From a virus: a DNA stretch of 64,000 bases. The stretch spans positions 32,001-96,000 of the IMG/VR virus record IMGVR_UViG_3300043446_004500; one strand, given 5' to 3'. A model generated the notes under the pieces. That model was not told where the DNA came from and made no database searches. It worked only from the letters and a program-made list of their open reading frames with translations. Numbering within the stretch: position 1 is the first letter of the stretch; each line of letters opens with the position of its first letter. The translations under genes and the position numbers were made by a program. Shown one piece after another: positions 9,469 to 19,973 of this stretch.

Positions 9469-10635
9469 ATGGCGATGGATTCAAAGGAAATTAGAGGTTT
9501 GTGCGAAGCATATTCTGCCGTTTATAATGAAGATCTTAGAGATGAATTAGAAACTTTTTCAATCGAGGAAGATCTCTCAATCATTGATGATCTAAGTGAT
9601 AATGAGTTGGATTTAGTAATGGAAAATATTTTTCTCTCAGGAGAATTTGATATTGATGAGTGCTTTGAATCTTTAGATCTTGTTCTCAGTGAAGCAACAG
9701 TAACAAGTTCTGAGGATAGACCTTCTGGTTCTGCAAGAGTTACTTCAAGTGCAGAAAGACCAAGTAGAGCAAAGAGAACTTCAGAAAGACAAAAACAAGT
9801 TAGAGTTGGTAGAATTGCTCAAGCAGCTCAACGTGCTGGAGAAAGGGTAAAGTCGGGTGTTGTAGGTAAAGCAAAGGCAGCAGGTGCAAAGGTTGCTTCT
9901 GCTACTCAAAAGGTAAAGGGATTTTTGGGTAAGGTTGGTCGTGCTGCTGCGGCAGGAGCATCTGCTGCTAGAAAAGAATTCGGTGGTGAGGCAGGAAGAG
10001 AAGCAAAGGCAAGAAAAACTGGTCGTCAAATGAGACGAGCAGCAAGAAAACAAGCATCTGCTGCTAGAGCAAAAGATACTAGTGCTTTCCAAAAACCAAA
10101 AGCACCTGTTGGAACTTCAGCAAATCCCAGAATTGGTCAACCTGGAAAAGAAAGACCAGCACTTCCTGCAGCAAAGACTAAAACAGTTTCTGTAGATAGA
10201 AGAAAAGCAGCAGCTGCTAAACTTGCTTCTGCAGCTGCTGGATCTGGACCATCCGGATCAGTTCAGCAAGGACAACCTGCTGGAACTTTTAAAACCAAAA
10301 AGTCTAGAATGCAAGCACAAAAAAGAGAGGCAAGACTTACTGCAGCAGAGAGTTTTGAACTTCTGGATATTTTAGTTCAAGATATGATTAATGATGGATA
10401 TGTAAACAGTGTTCATGAAGCATACGATTTAATTGAGAATTTGGATGATACTCAAACTATCAATTTAGTTGAATCATATCTAATTGAAGAGGTAGAAACT
10501 CTAGATCTTTATGATGTAGTTCTTGAGCATCTGATTGAGAATGGATATGCTGAAACTGAAGAGGCAGCAGAAGTCATCATGGTAAACATGAGTGAAGAGT
10601 GGAGAGAAGAAATTCTACGTAAAAATAATGGATGA
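9469..10635 (+). CDS. Late protein with acidic ends and Ala/Lys/Arg-rich core; probable virion internal protein
   Basis: TATAAATA at 9440; N and C tags homologous to 7361..7804. Confidence 0.75.
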   Translation: MAMDSKEIRGLCEAYSAVYNEDLRDELETFSIEEDLSIIDDLSDNELDLVMENIFLSGEFDIDECFESLDLVLSEATVTSSEDRPSGSARVTSSAERPSRAKRTSERQKQVRVGRIAQAAQRAGERVKSGVVGKAKAAGAKVASATQKVKGFLGKVGRAAAAGASAARKEFGGEAGREAKARKTGRQMRRAARKQASAARAKDTSAFQKPKAPVGTSANPRIGQPGKERPALPAAKTKTVSVDRRKAAAAKLASAAAGSGPSGSVQQGQPAGTFKTKKSRMQAQKREARLTAAESFELLDILVQDMINDGYVNSVHEAYDLIENLDDTQTINLVESYLIEEVETLDLYDVVLEHLIENGYAETEEAAEVIMVNMSEEWREEILRKNNG

Positions 10636-10664
10636 GAAATGAGTAAAAAGTAAATAAAAAAATT

Positions 10665-10687
10665 AACCACCTTCGGGTGGTTTTTTT
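10665..10687 (+). terminator. UUCG-loop intrinsic terminator
   Basis: AACCACC-TTCG-GGTGGTT plus T run. Confidence 0.85.
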
Positions 10688-10741
10688 GTTCCTATAAATA
10701 TAGAAAACGTTGAAAATAAATAAAGTATAATAGAAAATAAT

Positions 10742-12034
10742 ATGAAGAGTTTTTTCTACTTTCTATCAGAAGCAAAGCAGTCACGGGCTTCAATGCAGGC
10801 AAAGAAGCTTGGTCTGCGAGGAGACGGTCATGGTGGATGGGTTGACCGTAGTGGAAAAACTGTAGCAAGAACAGAAGATGGTAAACTGCAGTTTATTGAT
10901 GGTAGAGAAGCAGCAGCACAAGAAACTCAAGCAAAGCAACCAACTGCTGCAACACCTATCCCAACACAAGCACCTAAACAGCAAGCACCGGTTACTCCTA
11001 CTCCGCAAGTACAGAAAGCACCTTCAGATGAAGAGAAACCAGAAGAGGGTGGAACAGTTACTATAGTTTTTGGACGTTTCAATCCACCTACAGTTGGACA
11101 TGAAAAACTTTTAAAATCTGCAAAGAGAATTTCTGCAGGAAGTGATATTAAGATATATCCATCAAGAACACAGGATTCTAAAAAGAATCCTCTGGAAGCA
11201 TCAACAAAAATATCTTATATGAGAAAGATGTTCCCAGAATTTAAAGATAATATTATTAACGATCCTGATATGAAAACAATTTTTAATGTGTTAACCACTG
11301 CATATGAAGATGGATATTCAAATGTTAACATTGTAGTAGGTTCTGATCGTCAAGCAGAGTTTGAAAATCTTGCTCAGAAGTATAATGGAGATCTTTACAC
11401 TTTTGATTTGATTCGTGTTGTATCTGCTGGTGTTCGTGATGCAGATGCTGAAGGTGTGGAAGGAATGTCGGCATCTAAAATGAGAAAAGCAGTTATGGAC
11501 AATGACTTTGAATCTTTCCGTAGAGGAACTCCTAAGACATTAGATGATGGAGATGCACAGACTTTATTTGATGCTGTTCGTCAGGGAATGAAAGTTAAGA
11601 AAACTAAAGTTAAAAAGGAAAGTTATAATGTTTGGGAAATTGCTCCAAAGTGTGACATGAAAAATCTTCGTGAAAATTATGTAAGGGGTAAAATTTTTAG
11701 AATTGGAGATAAGGTTGAAAACTTAAATACTGGTTTGATTGGTGAGGTAATGCGTAGAGGAACTAATCATTTAATCTGTGTAACTGAAGAAGGTTATATG
11801 TTTAAATCTTGGATTAAAGATTTGATGGAATATACTGAAGTAAAAGTGGATAGTCCAATGAGAGATAAAACTCATCCTACTACTTTAGTCGGTACAAAAG
11901 GAACATTTATAAATTATGCGTCAAAAACTCCAGGTGCAATTGGTACTGGAAAACAAAATTTGCAAATGGGAGGAAAGGCTTATGGTATCAATTTCATAAA
12001 TAAGTATAAGGCAAAGAAAGTAAGTACTTATTAA
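10742..12034 (+). CDS. Cytidylyltransferase-like (HxGH) protein
   Basis: FGRFNPPTVGHEKL, VVGSDR, GMSASKMR; TATAAATA at 10693; leader MKSFFYFLSEA. Confidence 0.85.
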   Translation: MKSFFYFLSEAKQSRASMQAKKLGLRGDGHGGWVDRSGKTVARTEDGKLQFIDGREAAAQETQAKQPTAATPIPTQAPKQQAPVTPTPQVQKAPSDEEKPEEGGTVTIVFGRFNPPTVGHEKLLKSAKRISAGSDIKIYPSRTQDSKKNPLEASTKISYMRKMFPEFKDNIINDPDMKTIFNVLTTAYEDGYSNVNIVVGSDRQAEFENLAQKYNGDLYTFDLIRVVSAGVRDADAEGVEGMSASKMRKAVMDNDFESFRRGTPKTLDDGDAQTLFDAVRQGMKVKKTKVKKESYNVWEIAPKCDMKNLRENYVRGKIFRIGDKVENLNTGLIGEVMRRGTNHLICVTEEGYMFKSWIKDLMEYTEVKVDSPMRDKTHPTTLVGTKGTFINYASKTPGAIGTGKQNLQMGGKAYGINFINKYKAKKVSTY

Positions 12035-12035
12035 G

Positions 12036-13451
12036 ATGTCTATTAATCCTCTGAACGATATTTCTAAAGTTTATTTGGAGCAGGTTGCTGAATCGGCAGT
12101 TCCTGGTAAACCTGCAGAAAAACTTGGTGCTGTGACTGCTATTCCGCAAGAGGAACGTGATGCTGCAAGAAAAAGAGCACTTGCAAAAGCAGCTGCTATA
12201 AGAGCAAAGAAAGGTATTAAAGAAGCAACAAAAGCAAAACCAGATTATTTGGATTTTGATGGAGATGGTAATACGAAAGAGTCAATGAAAAAAGCTTTAA
12301 GAGATAAAGCAAAACAAAAAGTACAAGAAGCAAAAAAACCAAATGATGGTAATTTAGCAAACAACTATCCTCCATATGACAAAGTTACTAGAGGAGATAT
12401 AATTGCTGGCGCTCTAGGTCAAGATCAAATGGGAGGTAAAAAAAAGAAAAAATCAGTAAAAGAAGGATATTCAAATTGGAGAGAGGAACTTTCCGAAGTA
12501 ATAGAAGTAGTTGGAAAGGATAAGAATGATGAAAAAATAATAGAGAAAAAAGTCAGTAATAAAATTAAAATTAATCCAAGCATACGTGAAGCAGTAGAAA
12601 ATCTTGGTGGAATTCTTCTAGAAATGGAAGAACTTGATGAGAAAGCTTATAGAAATCTAGGTGTCGGTAGGGTTGAAAGAGTAAGTAGTGGTTCTTATGT
12701 TGCGCCAGAAACAACAGGTGCTGCTGCTAAGAAAAAATCTGCAGCTGCTGCGTCAAAATCAAAACCAGAAAAACCAGTTACTGCAATTACAACTGTTGAG
12801 AAACCTAAACCAAAAGCAAAACCAGAAAAACCAGTTGCGGTAAATGTTGAGAAACCTCAACCAAAAGAAGAAGGAAGAAGAGCAAGAAGAAGAAGGAAGA
12901 GTAGTCCTTCCTATCCCGAAATCAAAGCAGGTATTGAAGCAAGAGAGGCAAAGAAAAAAAGAAGAGGAAAGAAAAAAAGAACTGATAAGTTAGATGATTT
13001 ACTTGCTTCAATAAGAAGTGAAAAAAATGAAAGTTTTCAACTTTCAGAAAAGGCAGAGAGTGAACAGCAACAAAAACTTTTTGGACTTGCTCTTTCAGTA
13101 AAAAGAGGACAAACATCAAGATCTGAAGTAAGTGATGCTGTTCTTAAAATTGCTGATGGTATGAGTGAGAAAAAGATTCGTGATTTTGCTAAAACTAAGC
13201 ACGAAGGACTTCCTAAAAAAGTTGAAACAAAGGAAGAAGCAATTCAATATGCTTTGATTGATAGAATGACAAAAAAGATTGCAGAGCAAGCAGTAGAAAC
13301 ACCAAAAAAAACTCCACAACAGAAAAACATTAGTCAACTTAATCAAGTTTTGACTGCAAAGAAAACTGTTAATGATGCTCAAAAGAAACTTGATCAAGCT
13401 TTAAAAACTGCTGCTCAAAGAAACCTTGATTTACAATCTATCTCTTCATAA
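12036..13451 (+). CDS. Lys-rich modular hypothetical protein, probable virion protein
   Basis: Modules DFDGDGN and KAESEQQQKLFG...DFAKTKHEGLP; duplicated KPEKPV segment. Confidence 0.75.
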   Translation: MSINPLNDISKVYLEQVAESAVPGKPAEKLGAVTAIPQEERDAARKRALAKAAAIRAKKGIKEATKAKPDYLDFDGDGNTKESMKKALRDKAKQKVQEAKKPNDGNLANNYPPYDKVTRGDIIAGALGQDQMGGKKKKKSVKEGYSNWREELSEVIEVVGKDKNDEKIIEKKVSNKIKINPSIREAVENLGGILLEMEELDEKAYRNLGVGRVERVSSGSYVAPETTGAAAKKKSAAAASKSKPEKPVTAITTVEKPKPKAKPEKPVAVNVEKPQPKEEGRRARRRRKSSPSYPEIKAGIEAREAKKKRRGKKKRTDKLDDLLASIRSEKNESFQLSEKAESEQQQKLFGLALSVKRGQTSRSEVSDAVLKIADGMSEKKIRDFAKTKHEGLPKKVETKEEAIQYALIDRMTKKIAEQAVETPKKTPQQKNISQLNQVLTAKKTVNDAQKKLDQALKTAAQRNLDLQSISS

Positions 13452-13501
13452 GAGTTAAATCCTAAATAGGAGAGGATACTCTCTATAAGGAGGACAACAT
13501 C

Positions 13502-13672
13502 ATGGGTGCATTAGTAAATGCTTTAAAACCACTTCTTATTGCTGCCATGAATTCTTGCCAAACCAAGAAACTTGTATGTGAACTTCTTGATCGTTATGTA
13601 AATACAACTGACAATGACATTGATAATGTAATTGCAGCAACAGTAAGAACAGCACTTCTCAAAGATTGCTGA
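13502..13672 (+). CDS. 56-aa hypothetical protein
   Basis: Manual translation MGALVNALKP...TDNDIDN; AGGAGG Shine-Dalgarno. Confidence 0.7.
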   Translation: MGALVNALKPLLIAAMNSCQTKKLVCELLDRYVNTTDNDIDNVIAATVRTALLKDC

Positions 13673-13833
13673 TGCTTACTTGTTTATTGACAAATTGGGG
13701 AGCTACTGTTATTCTTGCTTTACTTTTATCTTTTTCGGAATTTCTTGCGAAAACAGAACGATTTAAAGAGAATGGAATAATAGATTTTATATCTTATTAT
13801 TTGAGATTAGTGTTAAAGAGGGATCAAAACTAA
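13672..13833 (+). CDS. 53-aa putative membrane protein
   Basis: TGATG coupling to the upstream ORF; hydrophobic N half. Confidence 0.55.
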   Translation: MLTCLLTNWGATVILALLLSFSEFLAKTERFKENGIIDFISYYLRLVLKRDQN

Positions 13834-13888
13834 GGTCTCTCTTTTTTATAAATATTTCATAGCAAATAATTTTTACGGAAGAAAAAAC

Positions 13889-14662
13889 ATGGCACTCTGG
13901 GGAAATAATGATGCAAAAGGTTCTGGTGGAACAGTATCTCTAAACTATGCCACCCTAACTGTTACTGGTAGTGGAACAACTTTCGGACAAGTTGGTGCAG
14001 CTGCAACTGGTGATGTAATTCGTTTTGGGTTAAGAACAGGAACTTATTATGGTGATGCCGTAATTGTTGGAATTGCAAGTACAACTCAACTTTCAATTGC
14101 TTCCACTTCTAATCTAAGTGGTGCTTCTATTTCTGGGGTACAATTTGACATTAGTCAACTTCCCAAGTACACAGTTCTTGATAGTACTTTCAGTGCAGCA
14201 AACATTGCAAGTCCCTCTTTTGTTTCTATTTCATATGTTGGTACTGCAACAACAAATGCTGGAATTGGAACAAATATTGTTCCTGTAGTTGTTAAGAGTG
14301 GTGCAACTACTGTAGTTGTTGGAGATGCTCTTGTAAATAATGGCAACAATATACAAATTACAGCAATTGGTGCAGCAAATATTTCTTTAGCATCGACAAT
14401 TAGTGCTGGAATTGCTACTGGTGCTACTCTCACATTTAAGAGACTTGCTGATGGTTATTCCAAGTCTGTTTATGGTGTAGCAGATGCTGGAATTGCTGCA
14501 GCACAAGGAACTGCATATGAACTAACTCATGAAGGATGGGTTGGACTTACAACTTATAGAGGTTCTGAAGGAGAATTGAGAGTTAAGAAAGAAGTTCTTG
14601 TTGCAATGTCTGGAATTACCACTGGAAACACTCCATTGTATGATGCAAATCCACTAGTATGA
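13889..14662 (+). CDS. Probable virion structural protein
   Basis: MALWG start, HEGWV and EVLVAM C-terminal motifs; Gly/Thr/Ala-rich; TATAAATA at 13847. Confidence 0.7.
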   Translation: MALWGNNDAKGSGGTVSLNYATLTVTGSGTTFGQVGAAATGDVIRFGLRTGTYYGDAVIVGIASTTQLSIASTSNLSGASISGVQFDISQLPKYTVLDSTFSAANIASPSFVSISYVGTATTNAGIGTNIVPVVVKSGATTVVVGDALVNNGNNIQITAIGAANISLASTISAGIATGATLTFKRLADGYSKSVYGVADAGIAAAQGTAYELTHEGWVGLTTYRGSEGELRVKKEVLVAMSGITTGNTPLYDANPLV

Positions 14663-14668
14663 TAACTT

Positions 14669-15061
14669 ATGATTTTTAATGAACTGAATGAGGATAATTT
14701 CCTCTTATTTGCTATTAAAAATTATGAGAATCCTCAGGCAGTCACTAAGGAAGATTTTGATAAGGATTTAAATCATTTCAAGTATATTAAAAGATTGTTG
14801 AAAAGATATAAAAAATCAGGTGAACTAAAAACTCACCTGATTTTAAATCACTTTATAATTCTTTATAATATATTTGGTGAAGCAGCAACTCCTATGTTAT
14901 TTTTTAAGATTGAAAAGGAGTTATGGTCTTCTTTAAAATCTTTTGTATTATTTTTGGGAAAACTTCCCGAATATCCAAAATCAGGTATTCATGATATTCA
15001 AGTTGACTTATATTGTTTGTCGCAACTTTACAAAATCTACAATGGAAAAGAAGAAGATTGA
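14669..15061 (+). CDS. Conserved T4-like hypothetical protein
   Basis: NFLLFAIKNYENPQ...KYIKRLL...LILNH. Confidence 0.8.
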   Translation: MIFNELNEDNFLLFAIKNYENPQAVTKEDFDKDLNHFKYIKRLLKRYKKSGELKTHLILNHFIILYNIFGEAATPMLFFKIEKELWSSLKSFVLFLGKLPEYPKSGIHDIQVDLYCLSQLYKIYNGKEED

Positions 15062-15281
15062 TAGAATTATTGAAGCATTTCGGAATTATATAAATCTGAA
15101 AGAAGAAGGAATGGTTGTAGGTCCAACTAATAATGTTGGTGGTGGAAAAATATCAGGAACTCCTCAAGCAGATCCTGGAAACCCTCCAGTGTTCAGAAAA
15201 AGAAAAAAAGATGAGAAGAAACCGCAGAAATATATTTATCAAAAAGGATTGAGAAAGTGGTGGCGTCAGAATATTGGATAA
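15042..15281 (+). CDS. Basic hypothetical protein
   Basis: ATG at 15042 (MEKKKIDRIIEAFR); PTNNVGGG motif. Confidence 0.65.
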   Translation: MEKKKIDRIIEAFRNYINLKEEGMVVGPTNNVGGGKISGTPQADPGNPPVFRKRKKDEKKPQKYIYQKGLRKWWRQNIG

Positions 15282-15351
15282 AATAAATAATAACAAAACT
15301 ACTTGAGTTGCTTGTTTTAGTAGTATACGAAAATAATAACTCAAAAAAAAA

Positions 15352-15789
15352 ATGTTTAATCCTAATCAATCTGCAGATACTAAAATTGCTGTATTAGAAG
15401 AACGTCTTTCATCTTATGAAATTATGATGAAAAAAATTGATGAAGCAATTCAGATTATGGGAAAGACAAGTCAAAATATCAGTAAAATGCTTGCAGTTCA
15501 TGATGAAAGAATTGAGCAGTGTCACAAAGCAGATGATTATATTGGGAGAGTTATAGAAGAATTGCGATTGGAAAATAAAGATCAACATGAAGCAGTATCA
15601 GAAAGAATTGATAAGATAGAAGTAGAAGTAAAAGAAATAGGTAAAATTAAATGGATGACTGTCGGATGTGGAATTCTTCTCGCAGTTTTAACAACAGCAT
15701 TTTCAACACTTGCTTCTGGATGGTGGACACCATCAGAAATGCAAATGCAACATCAGGGACATATTCATCAACAAAATGTTACTGATTAA
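15352..15789 (+). CDS. Coiled-coil protein with C-terminal transmembrane helix
   Basis: ISKMLAVHDERI; hydrophobic WMTVGCGILLAVL. Confidence 0.75.
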   Translation: MFNPNQSADTKIAVLEERLSSYEIMMKKIDEAIQIMGKTSQNISKMLAVHDERIEQCHKADDYIGRVIEELRLENKDQHEAVSERIDKIEVEVKEIGKIKWMTVGCGILLAVLTTAFSTLASGWWTPSEMQMQHQGHIHQQNVTD

Positions 15790-15964
15790 TAAATAATCAA
15801 GTGTTGGCATAAGATGCCAATGAAAACTAAAAAGAAAATAACAAACTACACTCTACAAAAGACAACAAATTCAGTCATTAAGTGGACGGCAATAATCACC
15901 TCTCTGTGTCTTGACAAAGTAAGATAAACAAGTAGAATAGTAGGACTGTTCTCTCAACCTGATT

Positions 15965-16933
15965 ATGGATTTTGTTGATGTTAAGTACATCAATTTGATT
16001 TCTTCTCGACTTCAAAGATTTAAAAAGGTCAAAAATAATCTTTATAACTTTAGGTGTCCAATATGCGGAGATTCGCAGAAAAATAAAACGAAGGCTAGGG
16101 GATACCTGTATCAAGTAAAAAACAATACAAATTATAAGTGTCATAATTGTGGATTAAATATATCCTTTAATAATTTTCTAAAACAAATTGATAATACGAC
16201 ACACAAACAATACATTTTTGAGAAATTTAAAGAGGGACATTCTGGGAAAAACTTTACTGCAGAAAAACCAAAACTGGAATTTACTGCTCCAAAATTTAAA
16301 CCGAAATTGGATCTACCAAAAGCATCTGCAAATACCTTTGCAAAAAAATATCTGGAAGATAGAAAATTAAACCCGGATAAATTTTATTACACGGACAATT
16401 TTAAATCGTGGACCAATTCTATAAAGAAAGTCTTCGATGATACTTCTAAAGATGAACCTAGGATTATTATTCCTTTGTTCTATCAAAATACACTTATCGG
16501 ATTTCAAGGAAGAGCACTTGGTCCAAATAAAGTTAAATATATCACTATAATGCTGGATGATGATGCTCCAAAAATATACGGTCTTGATGAAATCGACAAA
16601 AGTAAAACAGTCTACATTACCGAAGGTCCTTTTGATTCAACATTCATACATAACTCTATTGCACTCTGCGGTGCTGATGGTGATGTTAGTAAGTGGGGTA
16701 TTAACGACTGTGTGTGGATATATGATAACGAACCACGTAATTCAGAAATCTTATCCAGAATATCCCGTGTCATTGAAAGTGGACAAAAAATTGTAATATG
16801 GCCTTCAACTGTAAATCAAAAAGACATTAATGATATGATTTTATCTGGACTTAATGTTCAGTCTATGATAGAATTAAATACCTATTCTGGTTTAGAAGCA
16901 AAACTTAAGTTTACCACCTGGAAAAAAATATGA
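15965..16933 (+). CDS. gp61: DNA primase gp61
   Basis: Zinc ribbon CPICGD...CHNC; TOPRIM YITEGPFDS; DNEPRN. Confidence 0.96.
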   Translation: MDFVDVKYINLISSRLQRFKKVKNNLYNFRCPICGDSQKNKTKARGYLYQVKNNTNYKCHNCGLNISFNNFLKQIDNTTHKQYIFEKFKEGHSGKNFTAEKPKLEFTAPKFKPKLDLPKASANTFAKKYLEDRKLNPDKFYYTDNFKSWTNSIKKVFDDTSKDEPRIIIPLFYQNTLIGFQGRALGPNKVKYITIMLDDDAPKIYGLDEIDKSKTVYITEGPFDSTFIHNSIALCGADGDVSKWGINDCVWIYDNEPRNSEILSRISRVIESGQKIVIWPSTVNQKDINDMILSGLNVQSMIELNTYSGLEAKLKFTTWKKI

Positions 16934-19230
16934 GCAACGGAACCAAAGTTAAAAAACGTGATGGAAGAATTGAGTCACTTGACCTAGAGAAGATGCACTT
17001 GATGGTTGAAGAGGCATGTAAGGGTCTTGCAGGGGTCTCTGCGAGTCAAGTTGAGATGACCTCTGGTATACAGTTTTATGATGGAATTACTACTGCAGAA
17101 ATTCAAGAGATTTTGATTCGTAGTGCTAGTGACCTAATTGATTTGGATCATCCAAATTACCAATATGTTGCTGCTCGTTTGCTCCTTTTTGCCGTTCGTA
17201 AGCAATTGTATGGAAAAATGCGAGAACTTCCTGATCTTGAACAACACATTTATAATTGTGTAAATTCTGAAGTATATGACTCTGATATTTACAGTAAGTA
17301 TTCTAAAGAAGATATTGTTAAGGCAAATTCATATATTGATCATGATCGAGATTATCTTTTCACTTATGCGGGCCTTCGTCAGGTAGTAGATAAATATTTG
17401 GTTCAGGATCGTAGTAGTGGTGGAGTATATGAAACTCCTCAGTTTATGTACATGATGATTGCTCTGACAATCTTTGCCGAATATCCCAAAGAAACAAGAA
17501 TGTCATACGTTAAGAGGTACTATGACGCAATCTCAAAACACAAAATCAACATCCCAACCCCAATCATGGCAGGAGTGCGAACTCCGCTTAGACAATTTGC
17601 TAGCTGTGTTCTTGTTGACGTTGATGACACCCTCGATAGTATCTTTAGCAGTGATATGGCTATTGGCAGATACGTTGCACAGAGGGCGGGCATCGGCATC
17701 AACGCAGGTCGAATCCGTGGCATCAATTCTAAAATCAGAGGTGGAGAAGTTCAACATACAGGTGTTGTCCCTTTCCTCAAGAAGTTTGAGGCGACTGTCC
17801 GATGCTGCACACAAAATGGCATTAGAGGTGGAAGCGCAACTGTCCACTTCCCAATTTGGCACCAAGAAATAGAGGATATTCTGGTACTAAAAAACAATAA
17901 AGGTACAGAGGATAATCGTGTTCGTAAACTTGATTACAGTATTCAAATTAGCAAACTCTTCTATGAAAGGTTCATTCAAGATGGTGAGATCACGCTTTTC
18001 TCCCCACATGATGTACCTGGACTATATGATAGCTTCGGACTCCCTAATTTTGATGATCTCTACGTTTCGTATGAAAAAGATCCGTCCATTAAGAAAAAAA
18101 CTGTTAAAGCACAGGAACTTATTCTTGACCTTCTCAAGGAACGTGCAGAAACGGGTCGTATCTACATTATGAATATTGATCATTGTAATTCTCATTCTTC
18201 ATTTAAAGATAAAGTCGAGATGAGTAATTTGTGTCAAGAGATTACTCTTCCAACATATCCAATTCAGCATATTGATGATACTAGTGGTGAAATTGCTCTT
18301 TGCATTCTTTCTGCTATTAACGTTGGTAAAGTAAAGTCTGATGAAGAACTTGAAGAACTATGCGATCTTTCAGTTCGTGGACTTGATGAACTGATTGATT
18401 ACCAGAAGTATCCTGTGGCAGCAGCAGAACTTGCTACAAAGGCACGTAGATCCCTTGGGATTGGTTTTATTGGTCTTGCTCATTATCTTGCTAAACTTGG
18501 ATTTAACTATGACTCTCAGGAGGCATGGGATGCAGTTCATGGACTTTCTGAGTCATTCCAATATTATCTCTTGAAAGCATCCAATCAACTTGCTAAAGAA
18601 AAGGGTTATTGTGAATACTTTGGACGTACTAAGTATGCTGATGGTATTCTTCCGATTGATACTTACAAAAAGGATGTAGATGAAATTTCTTCCGTCGCAT
18701 ATGAACACGATTGGGAATCTCTCAGAACTTCTATCTTGGAACACGGTCTCAGGCACTCAACACTGTCCGCACAGATGCCATCGGAGAGCAGTTCCGTTGT
18801 GTCAAATGCCACAAACGGAATTGAACCTCCTAGAGATTACTTGTCCGTTAAGAAGTCCAAAAAAGGACCTCTCAAACAGATTGTTCCGCAGTATCATACC
18901 CTTAAGAACAACTATACACTTCTTTGGGAGATGTCTAGCAATCGTGGGTATATTAATATTGTTGCAGTTATGCAGAAGTTCTTTGATCAAGCGATTTCTG
19001 GAAACTGGTCCTATAATCCAGAGAATTATGAAAACAATGAAGTTCCTACTTCAGTGATGGCGCACGATATGCTTTACTCATATTCTGTTGGTTGGAAAAC
19101 GAGTTATTATCAAAACACCTATGATATTAAGACCGATGAAGTAGTGGAAGAACCAAAACAAGACCTTCAATCACTCCTTCAAGAACTTTCTGGTGCTGAA
19201 GAGGAAGATTGCGAAAGTTGTAAAATTTGA
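16930..19230 (+). CDS. nrdA: Ribonucleotide reductase class Ia alpha subunit
   Basis: ATP cone, TPIMAG, SNLCQEI, C-terminal CESCKI. Confidence 0.98.
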   Translation: MSNGTKVKKRDGRIESLDLEKMHLMVEEACKGLAGVSASQVEMTSGIQFYDGITTAEIQEILIRSASDLIDLDHPNYQYVAARLLLFAVRKQLYGKMRELPDLEQHIYNCVNSEVYDSDIYSKYSKEDIVKANSYIDHDRDYLFTYAGLRQVVDKYLVQDRSSGGVYETPQFMYMMIALTIFAEYPKETRMSYVKRYYDAISKHKINIPTPIMAGVRTPLRQFASCVLVDVDDTLDSIFSSDMAIGRYVAQRAGIGINAGRIRGINSKIRGGEVQHTGVVPFLKKFEATVRCCTQNGIRGGSATVHFPIWHQEIEDILVLKNNKGTEDNRVRKLDYSIQISKLFYERFIQDGEITLFSPHDVPGLYDSFGLPNFDDLYVSYEKDPSIKKKTVKAQELILDLLKERAETGRIYIMNIDHCNSHSSFKDKVEMSNLCQEITLPTYPIQHIDDTSGEIALCILSAINVGKVKSDEELEELCDLSVRGLDELIDYQKYPVAAAELATKARRSLGIGFIGLAHYLAKLGFNYDSQEAWDAVHGLSESFQYYLLKASNQLAKEKGYCEYFGRTKYADGILPIDTYKKDVDEISSVAYEHDWESLRTSILEHGLRHSTLSAQMPSESSSVVSNATNGIEPPRDYLSVKKSKKGPLKQIVPQYHTLKNNYTLLWEMSSNRGYINIVAVMQKFFDQAISGNWSYNPENYENNEVPTSVMAHDMLYSYSVGWKTSYYQNTYDIKTDEVVEEPKQDLQSLLQELSGAEEEDCESCKI

Positions 19231-19239
19231 CGAAAGTGT

Positions 19240-19273
19240 AAAGACCTGTTATTATAAATAGTAATAGGTCTTT
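19240..19273 (+). promoter_or_regulatory. Late promoter inside a long hairpin upstream of the endonuclease
   Basis: AAAGACCTGTTATTA / TAGTAATAGGTCTTT; TATAAATA at 19253. Confidence 0.75.
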
Positions 19274-19283
19274 ATTTTATCTT

Positions 19284-19973
19284 ATGGAAGGTCGTATTTA
19301 CAAAATAACAAATCAATCCAATGGTAAGTTCTATGTTGGTATGACCAGAAAGAAATTGAAATATAGATTTAATAATCATTGTTATGATGCATTAATTAGA
19401 AACTCAAATTCTTATTTTCATAAAGCAATAAGAAAATATGGTAAAGAAAATTTTATCATTGAAGAAATTGAGGTGTGTGAAAAAAATTTGCCCGATAGAG
19501 AAGTATTTTGGATTTCTAAATTAAAACCTGATTATAACCAAACTATTGGTGGAGATAATGGTATTCTTGGATTTAGACATACCGAAGAAACTAAAAACTT
19601 TCTTTCCAAAAAAAGAAAGGGAAAATATACTGGAGAAAAAAATCCTTTTTATGGGCAGCATCATACACAAAAAACAAAAGATAAACTAAGTCAAATGAGA
19701 AAAGGACAACCATCACCTTGCGGATTTGCTGGAAAATCACATAAAGAGGAAAGTAAATCTAAAACTTCTCAAACACTTAAAAATAATCCAAATGTAAAAA
19801 GAACCAAAGTATTTCAGTATGATATTGAAGGAAACTTTTTAAGGGAGTTCCAATCTATTAGTGATGCTTCTAAATTCGTAGGAACAACTCCTTCTAATAT
19901 AAAATATACCTGCGAAGGAAAATTTAATCATTGTAAAGGATATAAATGGAGTTATGAAAAACTAAATACCTAA
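19284..19973 (+). CDS. Free-standing GIY-YIG homing endonuclease (NUMOD3 repeats, NUMOD1/IENR1-like C terminus)
   Basis: GRIYKITN...FYVGMT; HTEETK and NPFYGQHH repeats; VFQYDIEG...SISDA...GYKW. Confidence 0.9.
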   Translation: MEGRIYKITNQSNGKFYVGMTRKKLKYRFNNHCYDALIRNSNSYFHKAIRKYGKENFIIEEIEVCEKNLPDREVFWISKLKPDYNQTIGGDNGILGFRHTEETKNFLSKKRKGKYTGEKNPFYGQHHTQKTKDKLSQMRKGQPSPCGFAGKSHKEESKSKTSQTLKNNPNVKRTKVFQYDIEGNFLREFQSISDASKFVGTTPSNIKYTCEGKFNHCKGYKWSYEKLNT

